DNA of 64,000 nucleotides from the NCBI GenBank assembly GCA_964016885.1, contig OZ024742.1:329592001-329656000 (forward strand), read 5' to 3'. Of this stretch, positions 39,151 to 53,215 are shown piece by piece. The notes beneath the pieces are model-generated. The model was not told where the DNA came from and made no database searches. It saw nothing but the letters and a program-made list of their open reading frames with translations. Made by a program: the position numbers and the translations under genes. How positions within the stretch are numbered: the first letter of the stretch is position 1; each line of letters starts with the position of its first letter. Source of the stretch: Eledone cirrhosa (Eukaryota).

Positions 39151-42100
39151 GGAACATTTGAACATGACCAAAACAGAGAGGCAGTACAACGAATGTTTAT
39201 TAATTTCACGCTCTGGAGAGTGCGGTGGTGGTGGGGAACGACGTTTCGGGCATAAGCCCTTCTTCTGGTGTAAGTGTGTGGGAACAGAGTTCAAAGGGTG
39301 TGTACGGGAGTGGTGGAGAGACATATACCGAAAAGGGGGTGGGAGGAAACGGTGCGAATGAAATTAAAAATAAAAGCATGATCAAAATAAAATAAAATTA
39401 AAATGGGGTAAAACAGGTGGTGGAAGGGTGTGGGGCGTGTAGGGGTGGTGGTGGGTGGAGTGAGGAGAGGGAGACGGGGTGTCCGAGCGGGGGGGGCTGA
39501 AGGTGGTGTGTGTGTGTCGGTGTACGTGTGTGTGTGTGCGTGTGTATGTGAAAGCAAGGGTTGGGGGAAGAACGGGGTTGCATGTTCAGGAAGAGGTGTG
39601 TGTGGGGTGGGGTGTAGGTCGGAGTGTGTGTGCGTGTGTGGAGAGAGGGGTGGGGGAGAGGAATCCGGAGGCTGAAGGTGTAAATATGTGGTGGAAAGCA
39701 CGTGTGTATGGGGTTTAAGCGTGTTGTGTGTGTAGGTGGCGTGTGGGAAAAAAATTGTTTTTTGGGTGTGTGTGTGTGTGAGTTATAAAGGTGATTCCGT
39801 GAGAAGATGTGGTTGAAAGGTTGGTAAACTCCTCGGATGGTAGTAGATTCCGCGGTCAAGCTCCACATACGAGTAATCCATGGAGAGATGGTCGAAAGAG
39901 GAGAGATGTGGGGTGCGCGTGCAACAGGAAGTGGTCAAGGCGGTAGGAGTGCTGTGTGACTGTGTGTGCTGGGAGGTGGTCAGGGGCATAGCAGCAGTCG
40001 GGTGGAATGGTAAAGGGGCGAGGATGGGTAGGTGTGAATGTTGGAGTGAGGAGGGTGTGTGTGTGTGTATTAGTAGATGTGTTAGTGGGATGAGTGAGTG
40101 TAGGGAAAGGGTGTGGATGGAGCGGGGAGAGAAGGGTGTGGGGGTCGATGCAGAGAGTGTGGTGTACTGGTGTGTGTGTAGTTTGATGAATGGGGTGCTA
40201 GTGGGTGTTAGTATACGGGAGGTGGATAAAGGGTGCAATGCAGGTGTGAGTGGGGGTTAGTGGTGGTAGGGTGTGTAGAGTTGGCTGTGTACGACGGTGT
40301 GTGGGTACGTGTGCTTGGGGTCAGGGGTTGTTAGTGATGTTAGTTGCGGGGCGGTGGGATGGATGTGTGGGGGTGAGGGTTAGTGGTGGTAGTACGGTGT
40401 GTGTTTAGTGTGAACGCGTGTATATATGTGCCGGTTTGTGTGTGCGTGTGATAAGGAGGGGGGAAGAAGGGAGGGATGTTAGTATGTTAGTTGGGGAAGG
40501 GTGGTCGGATGAGGGGTGAGTGGAGGTGTTAGTATTGTTAGTTGTGGGGTGGGCGGTGAAAAGGAGGGGTGTGTTAGTGGTGTTAGTGGGGGATATGTGT
40601 GTGGGGAGGGGGGCGGTCGAAGGCTAAATGAATAAGGGTGGGGAGTTCAGGCCGGGGGGAGTGTGGGTTTGTAAGATGAAGATGGTTCTTTGTTCAACTA
40701 TGAGGAGATTGGTGGGTGTTCCGTGGCATTGAAGTAGGCCACAGACTGTGAGATGGCCTGCGGAATGTCCATGGGCACAAAAGTGGCGGGCGATGGGGGG
40801 AACTACCACCGAGACGAATATCCAGGAGATGCTCAGTGAATCGGTCCGCCAGGCGACGTCCCGTCTGTCCGAAGTAAGTCGCGCTGGACTCCGTGTAGCG
40901 AATTCCGTAGACTAGGTTGGAGGAGGTGCAGCAGAAGGCATGCAGGACAGAGAGAGAGTGGCCGTTGGGACCCTGGAAGTTTGTGGTGTTGGTGATGTGG
41001 GGACAGGTGTTGCAGCGGGGCCTAGAATAGGGAAAGGAACCGGGGGGAAGGAGCGTGGTTTGGGGGGTAGGGAGCTGTTGACGAGGAGGGTGCGGAGATT
41101 GCGTGCGCGTTTGAAGGAGGGGAGTGGTGGGGTTGGGATGATGTGGGAGGTAGAGGGGTCGGACTGGACGCGACGGAAGAGGCGGCGGATGGTGCGGTGG
41201 AGGGGTAAGGTGGAGGGGTGGTAGGTGATGGGAAAGGAGAGACGGTGGGTGGGTGTGCGGTGGCGTGGGGTGAGGGTGGTGGAGCGGTGGACAGTTCGGG
41301 CGTGGGGACGGTGTACTGGGCAAAGATTTGGGCCTCAACATGACCAACAAAAAGGTTGGCATATTTCGGGCACATTCTTGTACCCATGGCTACCCCCGTG
41401 ACCTGTTGGTAAAACTCACCAGCTCGGCGAGGCGAAGGAGGGTGATGGTGGAGGGGATGTGGGAGGGGCGAAGGCCGAGGTAGTGTTTGAGGGCGCGTAG
41501 GCCGTCGGCGTGGGGGATGACGGTATAGAGAGACTTGATGTCTAGGGTGAAGAGGAAGGGCTGTGGGCCGGGTGGGTAGGTGAAGGAGTCGAAAACGCGC
41601 AGGGCGTGGTTGGTGTCGGAGATGTGGGAGGTGAGGGTTGTGACAAGGGGGGTGAGGATGGAATCGAGAAAGGCGGAGATGAGTTCGGTGGGGCAGTTGC
41701 AAGCGGAGACGATGGGGCGGCCGAGGTTGTCGGGTTTGTGGAGTTTGGGGAGGAAGTAGATGGTGGGGTTCCGGGGGGTGCGGACGATAAGATGGGAAGC
41801 GGTGGGAGGAGGAGGGAGGAGGAGACAAGGTGTTGGATGGTGGAGGAAACTTGTTGTTGGTAGAGGGGTGTGGGATCGGAGGGTAGAGGGCGGTAGAAGA
41901 GGGGTTACAGAGCTGCCTGAGGGATTCGGCCGTGGAGAGCTACGCGCGCCACACCACCACGGTGCCTCCCTTGTCCGCCGGTTTGATGACGAAGTCATCT
42001 CGGCTACGGAGGGAGCGGAGAGCGAGGAGTTCGCCCCGTGAGATATTATTCCGTTTGGAACGGTGGCGGAAGTCGAAACGATTTACTGCGCTACGGCTGG

Positions 42101-42230
42101 CATCGACGAACGCCTCCAGGGTGCTAAATTGCCCTGGGGCCTGCGTCCAAGAAGATGGTCGTCGGCCCAGGGCGAGAAACGGGTCTGGGGCGTCCGGAGC
42201 CGGTGGCGTTCGGCCGAAATGCGCCTGTAG
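39149..42230 (-). mobile_element. GC-rich Penelope/Poseidon-like element 3, 5'-truncated and internally deleted
   Basis: YFLPKLHKPDNLGRPIVS, TLDIKSLYTVIPH, GVAMGTRMCPKYANLF; RCNTC..SSNLVYGI..YFGQTGRRLADRFTEH; long C/A-rich 3' UTR; HHR remnant. Confidence 0.88.
39236..39268 (-). ncRNA. Degenerate hammerhead at the PLE3 3' end
   Basis: CAGAAGA a gggc-ttat-gccc GAAA CGTCG TT; core U to A change; no stem I visible. Confidence 0.6.
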
Positions 42231-42262
42231 CTATATATATTTATTCAAATAACTGATCAATG

Positions 42263-42467
42263 TTTAAGCAAAGAATCGCTGCTTTCCCCCTTAACCGAAT
42301 CTTCTGAATATATTCTGAAGATTCCATTAAGGGTGAAAGCACCGATTCTTTTCTGAAACTTTAATCTGTTATTTTAATAAATATTTGCTCTACGGTTCTT
42401 ATATATTTGATATATATTTATCCTTATCGATCCCTCTTTGGATTTTAGTCTTCAAATGTATTATTAT

Positions 42468-42470
<3 letters not shown>
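42263..42470. repeat. Short palindromic derivative of the Helitron-associated repeat family
   Basis: aagcaaagaatcgctgctttc..aatcttc / gaagatt..gaaagcaccgattcttt; tail shared with 46820-46930, 53255-53290 and 57340-57490. Confidence 0.75.
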
Positions 42471-42557
<87 letters not shown>

Positions 42558-42578
42558 GAGGGCTCGAATATGTGTATA

Positions 42579-42664
42579 TCTATTGATTATATACAAGTTT
42601 CTAAATAACCTGGACATTATTTATCCCAAATTTTAGAAATCTTATAACGAAACGATCGTATGGA
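42579..42664 (+). ncRNA. Degenerate hammerhead with long stem II
   Basis: tcta TTGATTA ..tttctaaa..tttagaaa.. GAAA CGATCG TA tgga. Confidence 0.45.
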
Positions 42665-42914
42665 AGGAAAGAGAGATGTATTTAATTATATCGCATATCA
42701 TATGAAATACTTCAGCCAGCTATCCACGGAATACTGTATAGTTAGCACCCCAAACACTAAATGTGGATTATACTTAGTTATATCCTAATGAGTGAGATGG
42801 AGTCGGTCAGAGTAACGCTTAAAGCTTTCTCTGTTAATGTATTAACTATTTATACACATCGTGGAAGATGTACGTTAAACGATGATGATGATGATGATGA
42901 TGATGATATATATA

Positions 42915-42987
<73 letters not shown>

Positions 42988-42992
<5 letters not shown>

Positions 42993-43290
42993 TGTATATA
43001 TATAGTGTATTTTGCAATACGCTGTATGCTTAATTAAAAGCATTTCGAAGACCTTACGCTATTGTTATAGAGTAGTGACAGTCTCACTTACTTTAACTTT
43101 CAGCAAACAGGGGAGATAAAGTTGACATAGCTCTGTTTCGCACTGTTTGGTGCTTATCAAAGCTAAGTACTCCGCCTGTTTGCTGAAAATTAGGAATGTT
43201 TGATTCATATAGAAGGTATAGCGTAAGGTCTTCGAAATGCTTTTAATTAAGCATACAGTGTATTGCAAAATACACTATATATACATTCAT
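42988..43290. repeat. Inverted repeat (~73-bp arms) between (TA)n tracts
   Basis: 42988-43061 mirrors 43219-43290. Confidence 0.9.
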
Positions 43291-43320
43291 ATATATATCG
43301 CTATTTCAGAGCACTAATTG

Positions 43321-43477
<157 letters not shown>

Positions 43478-43498
43478 TATACATATATATATATATGG

Positions 43499-43961
43499 GG
43501 TCAAACTTTATCCTCTTCAACGACGCCGTGAGCGCTACATTATCTGTATGATGTGGAAAATATTCCATCAGATTAGCACGAATGATTTTGGCATCACCTT
43601 TAGTGTACAGCCAAGGCTATGTCCCCGTGCTATCCGCCAACGATAAAAATCCCACTCGCATCACATAACAACAATACGGCACAATTATCTCACATCAATT
43701 TGCCCTGCACTCTTTAACATTACATCAAAACACATCAAAGCAGAGACAGACCCCATCAAGTTCAAGAAGTCTTTGGATAAATTCCTTCAAGAAATTCCGT
43801 ATAAGCGTCCTACACCCGGATATGCCTCGGTAAACAATAACTCTCTGCTCGAGTGGGCTCTGGTGCCCAAACACTGATTTGTAAGACTTTGCCAGGTGGT
43901 GCTATTAAGTTAGACATGGCCTGGGCCAATACTGGCGGAAACCTATCAAAGTTATCAAAGT

Positions 43962-43962
<1 letters not shown>
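43499..43962 (+). mobile_element. CR1-group LINE 3' fragment
   Basis: [20 protein letters not shown]; PALFN; FKKSLDKFLQEIP..PGY..NSL; tandem tatcaaagt tail. Confidence 0.8.
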
Positions 43963-43993
<31 letters not shown>

Positions 43994-44154
43994 CATACAA
44001 TGTCTGATATAAAATAATACAACCAATTTTCCACGAAATACTGATTAGTTAGCACGCGAAACACTAAATTGGGATAATACTTAAGTATATCCTAATGTTT
44101 GTTGAGTGAGATGGAATTGGTCGGAGTATCGCTTAAGGCTTACTCTCTTTACGT

Positions 44155-44261
<107 letters not shown>

Positions 44262-45367
44262 TTACATATATATATATATACACACACATACACATATGTT
44301 GTGTCTGTGTGTGTGTTTGTGAACACTTGTCATATCTCACCATCTTCAATAGCATAGAATATTCTATACTCTTTAAGAACATTTTCCATCTATGCCATTT
44401 CGCTTGGAATGGATGTAGCGAAGATTACATTAAATGGAAAAAAGAAATCTAAGAGGTAAGTAGATGTCAGTTTTATTTGAACAATAAAATGAATGACCTA
44501 GTATTCAAATTCCTATGTGCATAACACTATATTTTGGTCGACATAGAAGCAAATAGACCCTCGGTGTTCTCGACGGTACATGTCTAAGTTTGTCATCCAA
44601 CCAAACAGTTTGGTCCTGGAATTACCTAGCTAGACATTTTCATTTGTGTTATTGTTTCGCCTGTTTATCTAGAATTGTATATATATATATGCTTACACAT
44701 TTGTATAACCCCTGAATATACAATATTATTTTTTTTTCCTTTTCAGTGCGATATAGACGCTTTCAATCACAGTCTTATAAAACTCAACGAACTGAACTTC
44801 ATATATCAACGATGAAATAAACAGTTTTCTATGAGATGGCCACCTAATAGACTTCTTTCTACTCAAAGACATTTTGTTTCTGACACAGCACACTCTCCTC
44901 TATATTATATTTCTTCTTAAATTTCTCATTCTATGTTTTGATGAATGACTAGCGCCCGAAACAGTAAGATATTTTTCTTACTCTATCAATGGTAAAACTA
45001 ATATATCTCTTCAATGTACTGTGTGGTTTGTTTTGTTATATCTGTTTACCTTTTGCATACACACATATACAGCCACACACACGCACATACATACATATAT
45101 ATATATATATATACACATGTGTTTGTGTGTGTTGGTTAGAATTTATGTAGGTATATATGTTTATGAAAACATATATGTAACGTTAATTCAATTGCATTCA
45201 TAGATGATACGTAGATATTAATATAAACTTTATAAACATATTTACCTTCTTGTAACTTGTACACACATATATATGCATGTATATTTATAAACTGAAAACA
45301 GAAATATTAGAAAAATAGTATAATATTATAAGGCATTGCATATACTTTCATATTCATACATCACTAT

Positions 45368-45451
<84 letters not shown>

Positions 45452-46550
45452 GGAGAGAGAAAGAGAGAGTACACATATATAAGTATTCAGGCATAGACAT
45501 TTTAGAACAATCATAGCTGTATGTCAGACATAATATCGGGTTTTGATTGGTTCTCAAGATGCTACACACAAAGAACTGCCTCTTGGCAAAATGACAATAT
45601 AGAATTGCTTTAGTCTCTGTCAGTAGAAAACAAATTATAGCAAGCATATTTTGTAGATATTGTATTAGAATATCAGTTTTGAACTGAATATTTCAGGTCA
45701 ATGTGTCAGATAAAATATGAAACGTTCATTGATTTCTGTTACCTAGTTAAACTTTACCTCAGAAATGCTTACATATAGCTTTGTTGATATTGCCTCTTGC
45801 TTTAACCATTATGTGAAAAATGTTGACGTTGCACGGATGATTGGTTAAAAAGTTTGCTTCGCAATAATTAAATCCTTGACTCGATATCACTGAATGAATT
45901 TAGGTGAAGTTACTTCCTCCGTAGCGTCATGTCGAATCCAGCTCTATAAATAAAATTTGGTAGATGGAAACTTTCCGCATGGCCATTGGAGGGATGGTAG
46001 GCGTAATTCAAAGGATCAGCTATATCATATAAGATGTCACGATTTCTTTTCTCTAAGATTTAGTTAAAAAATGCACGCGTCTATTGAATTCTCAATTATT
46101 TGCTCGTCAAATTCACGAGCCGCTGTGTTGATCGAATCGACTAGGTGAGCCATATTCGAAACAGCTGATGAAATAAACTGAGGAAAATGAAATGTAATTT
46201 AACCAAAAACACCAACGAATATTAGGAAACTACTACTCATATCTACCAATCATTCAGAGATTGAGGAAAACATGTTCGTCTTCCCTTCATCGACGATTAA
46301 TTTGAAGTTTATTTATGTTATTTGTCACACATACTATTAAACAAAGACATCTCATGTACGAGAATATTCAGTAAAATCTTATCCCATTATTCGTGTCGGT
46401 TTTACGTACTATCTGGATAGTGAGTAGAATTGTATACGTTCAGTTCATCACCTTAAGCCATAGGCTACGGGCCTTCTGTTTCTCGTGATGAACTAGGACG
46501 GCATTTAAAGTAAGCCATCTTTCCTAATACTAATTTATATTCCTTACGTG

Positions 46551-46620
46551 TTAATTTACATTCCTTACGTATTAAGTTCAAGAGGTATCTTGAACTTAAC
46601 ACGTATGGAATGTAAATTAA
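46551..46620. repeat. 70-bp hairpin
   Basis: ttaatttacattcc..ttaagttcaaga / tcttgaacttaa..ggaatgtaaattaa. Confidence 0.85.
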
Positions 46621-46773
46621 GCAGCGCAGTCAAAATTTAGTTACACAATATACTGTTCATAGATCCTGCTAATAAATTCAACGTTGCTATATGAATGATC
46701 AAGAAATTTAAAGAGGTGAAATATCGTTTTCTGAAAACTGGGACGATTTAACAATTCAGGTTGAACCATTGAC

Positions 46774-46817
<44 letters not shown>

Positions 46818-46821
<4 letters not shown>

Positions 46822-48098
46822 ATAATAATAAATTTGAAGACTAAAATCCAAAGAGGGCTCGAAAAGGATAAATATATATCAAATATATAAGAACCGTAGA
46901 GCAAATATTTATTAAAATAACAGATTAAAGTTTAAGCAAAGAATCACTGCTTTCACCCTTAACGGGATCTTCTGAAACGAACAAAGTCAATCTGTAAACG
47001 CAGAACTGAATATTTCAAAAAACGTTGCAACCTGAGGAAGACAGGAAGACGATACTTTGGTTCATGGTGACGTTCGCTGGCAAAGAACGGGAAAAAACGA
47101 ATAATACGTCATTAATAGGAGCGGTGAAAAACAATTACGCGCAAAGACAGAACCACGTTTATGGTATAAAAGAGGTCGTAGACTAATGTTCTCTTCAGTG
47201 GTGCATAGAGACGTTCTCTGGCAATGAACGAAAAAACGGAGATAATACGTCATATGTGGAGCGTGGAGAACAATAGCACGCAAAGACAAAACCACGTAAA
47301 TGATATAGCAGAAGTCGTAGACTAAAATTCTAACAAGGAGACCAAATGAATCTCCGCTACAGAGTTAAGAACAAAGTAAATAAATACAATACAGAAGTAA
47401 TAGAAATAAATAAATACATACACGCAAACAAATACGTACATACACAAGCATACGCAAAACATTACCATAGGTATACAAAACCACGCACATATAAATATGT
47501 GTGTGTGTGTATGCATGTATGCAAATAAATAAATAATTATATAAACGTATATGAATAAATAAATACGTATATAACAAGCGCACACACATACCTACATATA
47601 AATACACGAATGTTCGGAGACGTAAGTCAACTAAAACAAGAAGTACACATATGCGGAGCTTCATTTGGTCTCCTAGTTAGAATTTTAGTCTACGACTTCT
47701 GCTATACCATTTACGTGGTTTTGTCTTTGCGTGCTATTGTTCTCCAGGCTCCACATATGAGGTATTATCTTCGTTTTTTCGTTCATTGCCAGAGAACGTC
47801 TCTATGCACCACCTAAGAGAACATTAGTCTACGACCTCTTTTATACCATAAACGTGGTTCTGTCTTTGCGCGTAATTGTTTTTCACCGCTCCTATTAATG
47901 ACGTATTATTCGTTTTCTCCCGTTCTTTGCCAGCGAACGTTTCCACGAACCAAAGTATCGTCTTCATGTCTTCCTCCGGTTGCAACGTTTTTTGAAATAT
48001 CCAGTTCTGCGTTTACAGATTGACTTTGTTAGTTTCCGAAGATCCCGTTAAGGGTGAAAGCAGCGATTCTTTGCTTAAACTTTAATCTGTTATTTTAA

Positions 48099-48099
<1 letters not shown>
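46818..48099. mobile_element. Foldback element of the Helitron-associated repeat family (arms 46911-47357 and 47653-48099)
   Basis: ~445-bp highly similar inverted arms, ~295-bp spacer, (TA)n flanks. Confidence 0.8.
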
Positions 48100-48161
<62 letters not shown>

Positions 48162-51100
48162 ATGAGATAAATGCGGCAAAGTACAAATCAGGTTTTGAAG
48201 GATATTTAAGTACCTGAGAAAATGTATAAACGAGCCACGTACGTACCACATAAAGTGACAGAGAAGAACAAATCGATGTTATAAACTCTCTTCACTAGTT
48301 GTAAGGAATCGAAATAATATAATTCTTGAAAAATATGTTCCCGTGATGAAGACAGTGTAGTTGAAAATGTATTGATCACTTTGAAGTTACACACTGTGCA
48401 TAATTCTCAAGTTTACCCAATGTAACATTAGAGTTGATATAATGTTTTAGAATATTTCATCCCCTGACATTATCTGATTTAGGTTGATAGGTCAAGTAAG
48501 AAAACGTACCATATGAAATGAAATGAATGGAAGCCAATACTAATCTCTTCGTGGCAATGCTCATCTTCAAATATAAATACAAATTTTGGAGACATTCAAT
48601 ATTTTGTCAATCCAACAGATAATCCAACCTATCTATACAATACGAGATTTGTCCCTAACGTATGAGTACTGATGATTTTTTTTAAAATGTATACGACATG
48701 TACATGCAATTACAAGAGTTCCCTTCAAAATCTGACCCTTGGGAAGTCACAAAGATGTTTCAACGTTTTTTCTATTGATCTTAGTAATACTGGAAGTCAT
48801 TTTCTGTGTGTGTTTTTAACTCGTTAGTAACAATATTTTGTACATCTCTGATCCTGAAAAGACGAAGCGACCGGACAAACTCCGGTATTTGCTTGTCTTC
48901 CTGTTCTCTCTCTTGTGAGCTGCGGTACCAGGGTTTGTAGTTGGATGCGGAGAACGTGTGAACTAATGCTTTAACATGATTGAAGGTAATTCGCTTCGTT
49001 GTAAATTCAAAACGGTTGAAACATCATATTCTTCACAAATTTCCAATCCACTTGTATACAAATTTCTGACAAAATAAAGAAAATATTATTTGTCATGTTA
49101 TGACCTGAAATGAAATAAATTTGAGTGAATCTAAACCAGGAAAAATGTCAGAGTTTCTAAATTTGAAGAATGAATTTGATAAACAATAGGAACAGAGACT
49201 ATATGGGTCGTTAAGTAGTTTGTTTCGAAATCATAAATCACAAGTTCAGTCCCATTTGGGGTCATATTGGGCAAGTGTCCTTTACTATAATTTCAAGTCC
49301 ACCAAATTCTTGACAGTGAAATTATGTAGATGGAAGCTATTTAGAAGATCGTTGAATGGAATGTGTCTGAACCTCAATGATTCAGTCTTGCCGTATAGTG
49401 TAGTGTGTGAGGCCAAATGTCACTGAGATCTATGTTAAGCATGTGTTTATCTCTGAAATGTTAAAGTGGCGGCACGTTGATTTCAAGAGTAGACTGTTCC
49501 AATGATGAGGCAAGTAGATCACTTTCAGAAACATACGTGTTGCATTACAGACATTGTGTGATATGTATGATTCAGAATTACATTATTACAGGTTTCAAGA
49601 CTGTATGTGTGTATTCTAAAACTGGTGAAACGTTAACACAAACATTACCGAGTAAAAGGTTTGAAAGCAACATATACGTGTATGCTTATGTATGTCTGTG
49701 TTTCTATTTGTATCCGTTGAGGGTAAGCGAATCTCACAACGAATCCGATCCTAACAACGCAAATAGTGCCACCCAAATCAGACAGCCTATTTCTCCACTG
49801 TACTGTGGAATCCCAAGCCAAGAAGACGGATCACCTCAGTCAACAATCGCTACATCAGGAGTTCATAATTAAGCGAGAAAACAACTGCAGTTACATGCAG
49901 CACCATCCTAAAAAAATGCCTTGTCATCCGACTGGCCCACTCAAGGACTTTCCCTACATAGATGCCTATTCAAAAACAACCATTCATCGAGAATAACACG
50001 TCCATTCTTTACAATTGCCATATCGACTACACTAAATCTTGCGTGGTTGGCTACGTCTCGTACAGGTTCGTATGTAGCATATGTAGTCAATTCTGCCTCG
50101 GCACCACTATTTGACGGCTGCTCGTCATAATAAAAGTGCACATTGCCCCAGACATTTCATCGTTCCAAAAGCATTTCCTTAAATACAACGTCATGGATAA
50201 GAAAATTACTACCACCATCCAGATCCTAAAATGTTGTATAGCCAAACCTAGAATCAAAAAAGACCGTCTGATTAAGCAGCTAGGGCCTTCCACTCATAAC
50301 TGAATGGACAGAAAGAAACACAGTTGCTATATAACTTTAACCAATCCTTGGTTAAAAATACAGATATAATGGTTAAAAATACAGATATAAATAGATATAT
50401 ATAGTTAATCAAAGTTCTTTCATCACATATCTGCGACATCATCAGTGGTAATATTATGTTTTTTCTCGTTGTATTGTAATGCCTGCGCCATATATATGTA
50501 GACCATTATAATAGACACGGAAATATAGATTAAAGCAAATAAAATCCTCTTCTCCTTTCCAGCCGATGTTTCAATTTTTCTTTGTGCAATACTTTTGACA
50601 CTACAGATGGACTTTGACTATTAATGATAGTACATTATTTTTTCTATTCACTGTTTTCAAAGCTGATATCTACCAGCAGATATTTGGCTTTAACTTGTAC
50701 AGTACGTAATTGAAATTTGAGGCTGCTATACACAAACTTATTTGATGCTGACCATTTTTGCTTTGTGCTATCCTCATTTTATTTAAATATACTGTACAGT
50801 ATTCCTTAAAGATAGATTTTCGTTCGTACATTTTGATATCTATCATTTCGTTTCACCAAGTAAAGTTTATATACAATGTCTAACGTCAAATTTCCCGTAT
50901 ATGCGGGAACCTTTTGGAATATAAAGGTCGCAGCCCAGTATAAGTATAGGAATGTCATTTCCAGTGAATTGTCTAAATAATACAAATAATATATATTTGA
51001 AATCAGATAATTTATCACGCTGATTAGTCGTGTTCTTCACCCCTTCTCTGTTTCTCCCCTCCCTACTCTTTCTTTATAATCTTCCTTCTCTCAACATCTA

Positions 51101-51254
51101 TCCGAAAGAAAACTTTAAATAACAAATCTGAGCAATTTTATTTGGCATTCTTGGTGATGTGGTTGGAATGAAACAGCAGATCTCCTACGGAGTTTTCGCT
51201 GAAGTGAATTGCTTGGTCTTCGGAATTGTCTACAGATGAACCCTTCATGGTGTG

Positions 51255-51370
51255 GAAACAAAATATATATCTATATAGATGCAACCGGAAAGGATTTTAA
51301 ATCTCGAATCTATAACTACGCCGCCTCCGTGAAAAATAGGCACAGTAGATCACAAACTAGACTCGGTAAG
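51255..51370 (+). pseudogene. Tiny GIY-YIG remnant
   Basis: IYIDATGKDFKSRIYNYAASVKN..SQTRL resembles PLE1 YVGST..FKLRYNNH..SF..STAL. Confidence 0.45.
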
Positions 51371-52275
51371 CGTAACAAAGCTCATCTTATAAATTAACCG
51401 CAGCTGACATTGTAATGCAATCTATCATTTGTATGAGGGCTTTTGACCTATATTATGTTATGCGGATAAATATGCAATAAATTTGATTAGTAGAATCCCT
51501 GAACCTAGAGAATGGCATTCATATTTGAGAACGTGTATTTAAGAATTAAACTAAAGGGTTGAACATTTGAATGTGAAACACGTATAAAAGGCATCTTAAA
51601 ATAATGCAATTTTGTCAAAAATCTTAATATATATAAAGAAATATGTTAGTGATTTATGCTTTGATACAATGCGTTTGTCAAAATATATTCAGATCAGATG
51701 ATTTACCTGAGCTATAAAGTTTAAAACTATGATTAATAAAAAATAAGTTTGTATTATATAAACTGCCTAACTGTTCAGTCATCGTAAGTTCTGGATTTAC
51801 CTGGATAGCTGTGGGATATATCATTTACATAACTAAATTATGAATACAAAATTCATAATAAATTTAGCTATATTTTTTTTCAAATCTATATTACATTTTC
51901 CTTTGAAACAGAAATTTATTTTATTTCTACCTTTTGAGATTTTCTGGTTTAATGTCCATAATTTTCTAACGCACCCTTACGGGTTTAGTCGTTATGGGAA
52001 AACAAATGTAATACAAGCGTATATGGACACATATGCACTACAGATACGTATATGCAAATTACATTTACTCTAGTTATGAATATTTTGATATGTAATCATA
52101 TCAGGGATAGGAGTGATAGAGTCCCCAATTTACCTAGCACTAAGAAATACATATGTGACATATATAAACATGGGGAGGAAAGAAAGTTAGAGGGAAATAT
52201 GATAGAATTATAAATCAACTACTCAATGTAAACATATTTATGGTTTATCACGTACACACACACACATATGTATAT

Positions 52276-52309
<34 letters not shown>

Positions 52310-53215
52310 AATACATACATATATTGGGAAATGTGTGAATTCCTTGGCACAGTTAGTTATATTTAAAAAAAGGAAAATAATGACTTCACTTTTAGTTCTG
52401 AACAATTTAATTTAATTTCATATTATAATATTATAATCGGTGGGCAGGTTTTTTAAAGATTCCCGGTTAAATATCAGGGAGAACTTTCTCGCATTCGTCG
52501 GTGGCGATTGCCGAACTGATCTCAGGTTGTGTTGTGATGTGTGACTCTATATATGAGATTTGGGTGTATCTGGAGGGGGGGGGGGGTCTAATGAGTGTGG
52601 GAGTGAAGGAGTGTTGATGAAGATTTAAAGGAAATAAAGCATATATGTAAAGAAAATAGTGAATGGTGAGAGCAAGATAATTGATTGGGGGTGGAATTGG
52701 GAGGTGTTGGGGTGTTTAAGGAATGTTTTAGAAAGGCATTCTTAAAGTACCCTCCTGCTGGCATCATTTCAATAGACGACCTTCGGTTAATAAGATATAA
52801 TGACCAGATGTTTTCAAATTATTTTCTTATACCTGAATCAACTATCTTAAATTTATGAAGAATAATTTTCGACATTAAAGTTGAATTTGGGTGTGCGTCT
52901 TGTGTGTGAGTGTGTGTGGGGGGGGGGGGGGGGCTTAATGATGTGTAAGATACATGTCTTTGGATAAAATTAGGATGACAGCAACGAGAAAAATAAGGTT
53001 AGTTTTGGAATACTAATTGATAGAAATGTATGTCATTGATATTGGTTTGTGAGGGGAAGTGGGGTGCTGTCATGCGAGCTGACATATTTGGTTTCCTACA
53101 TGTAAACATACATACAGCACTTTTGCATTTTCTAGTTCATACGTACACATATATTTACACATATACATGTGCTTACACATATACACGTACATATACATAC
53201 ACTTATATATATATA

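Noticed and set aside
39291-40620. His/Pro/Thr-rich ORFs
   Set aside because: Low-complexity 3' UTR of PLE3
48200-52400. Possible decayed mariner or LINE remnants and short ORFs
   Set aside because: No matching TIR pair or convincing protein motif by eye
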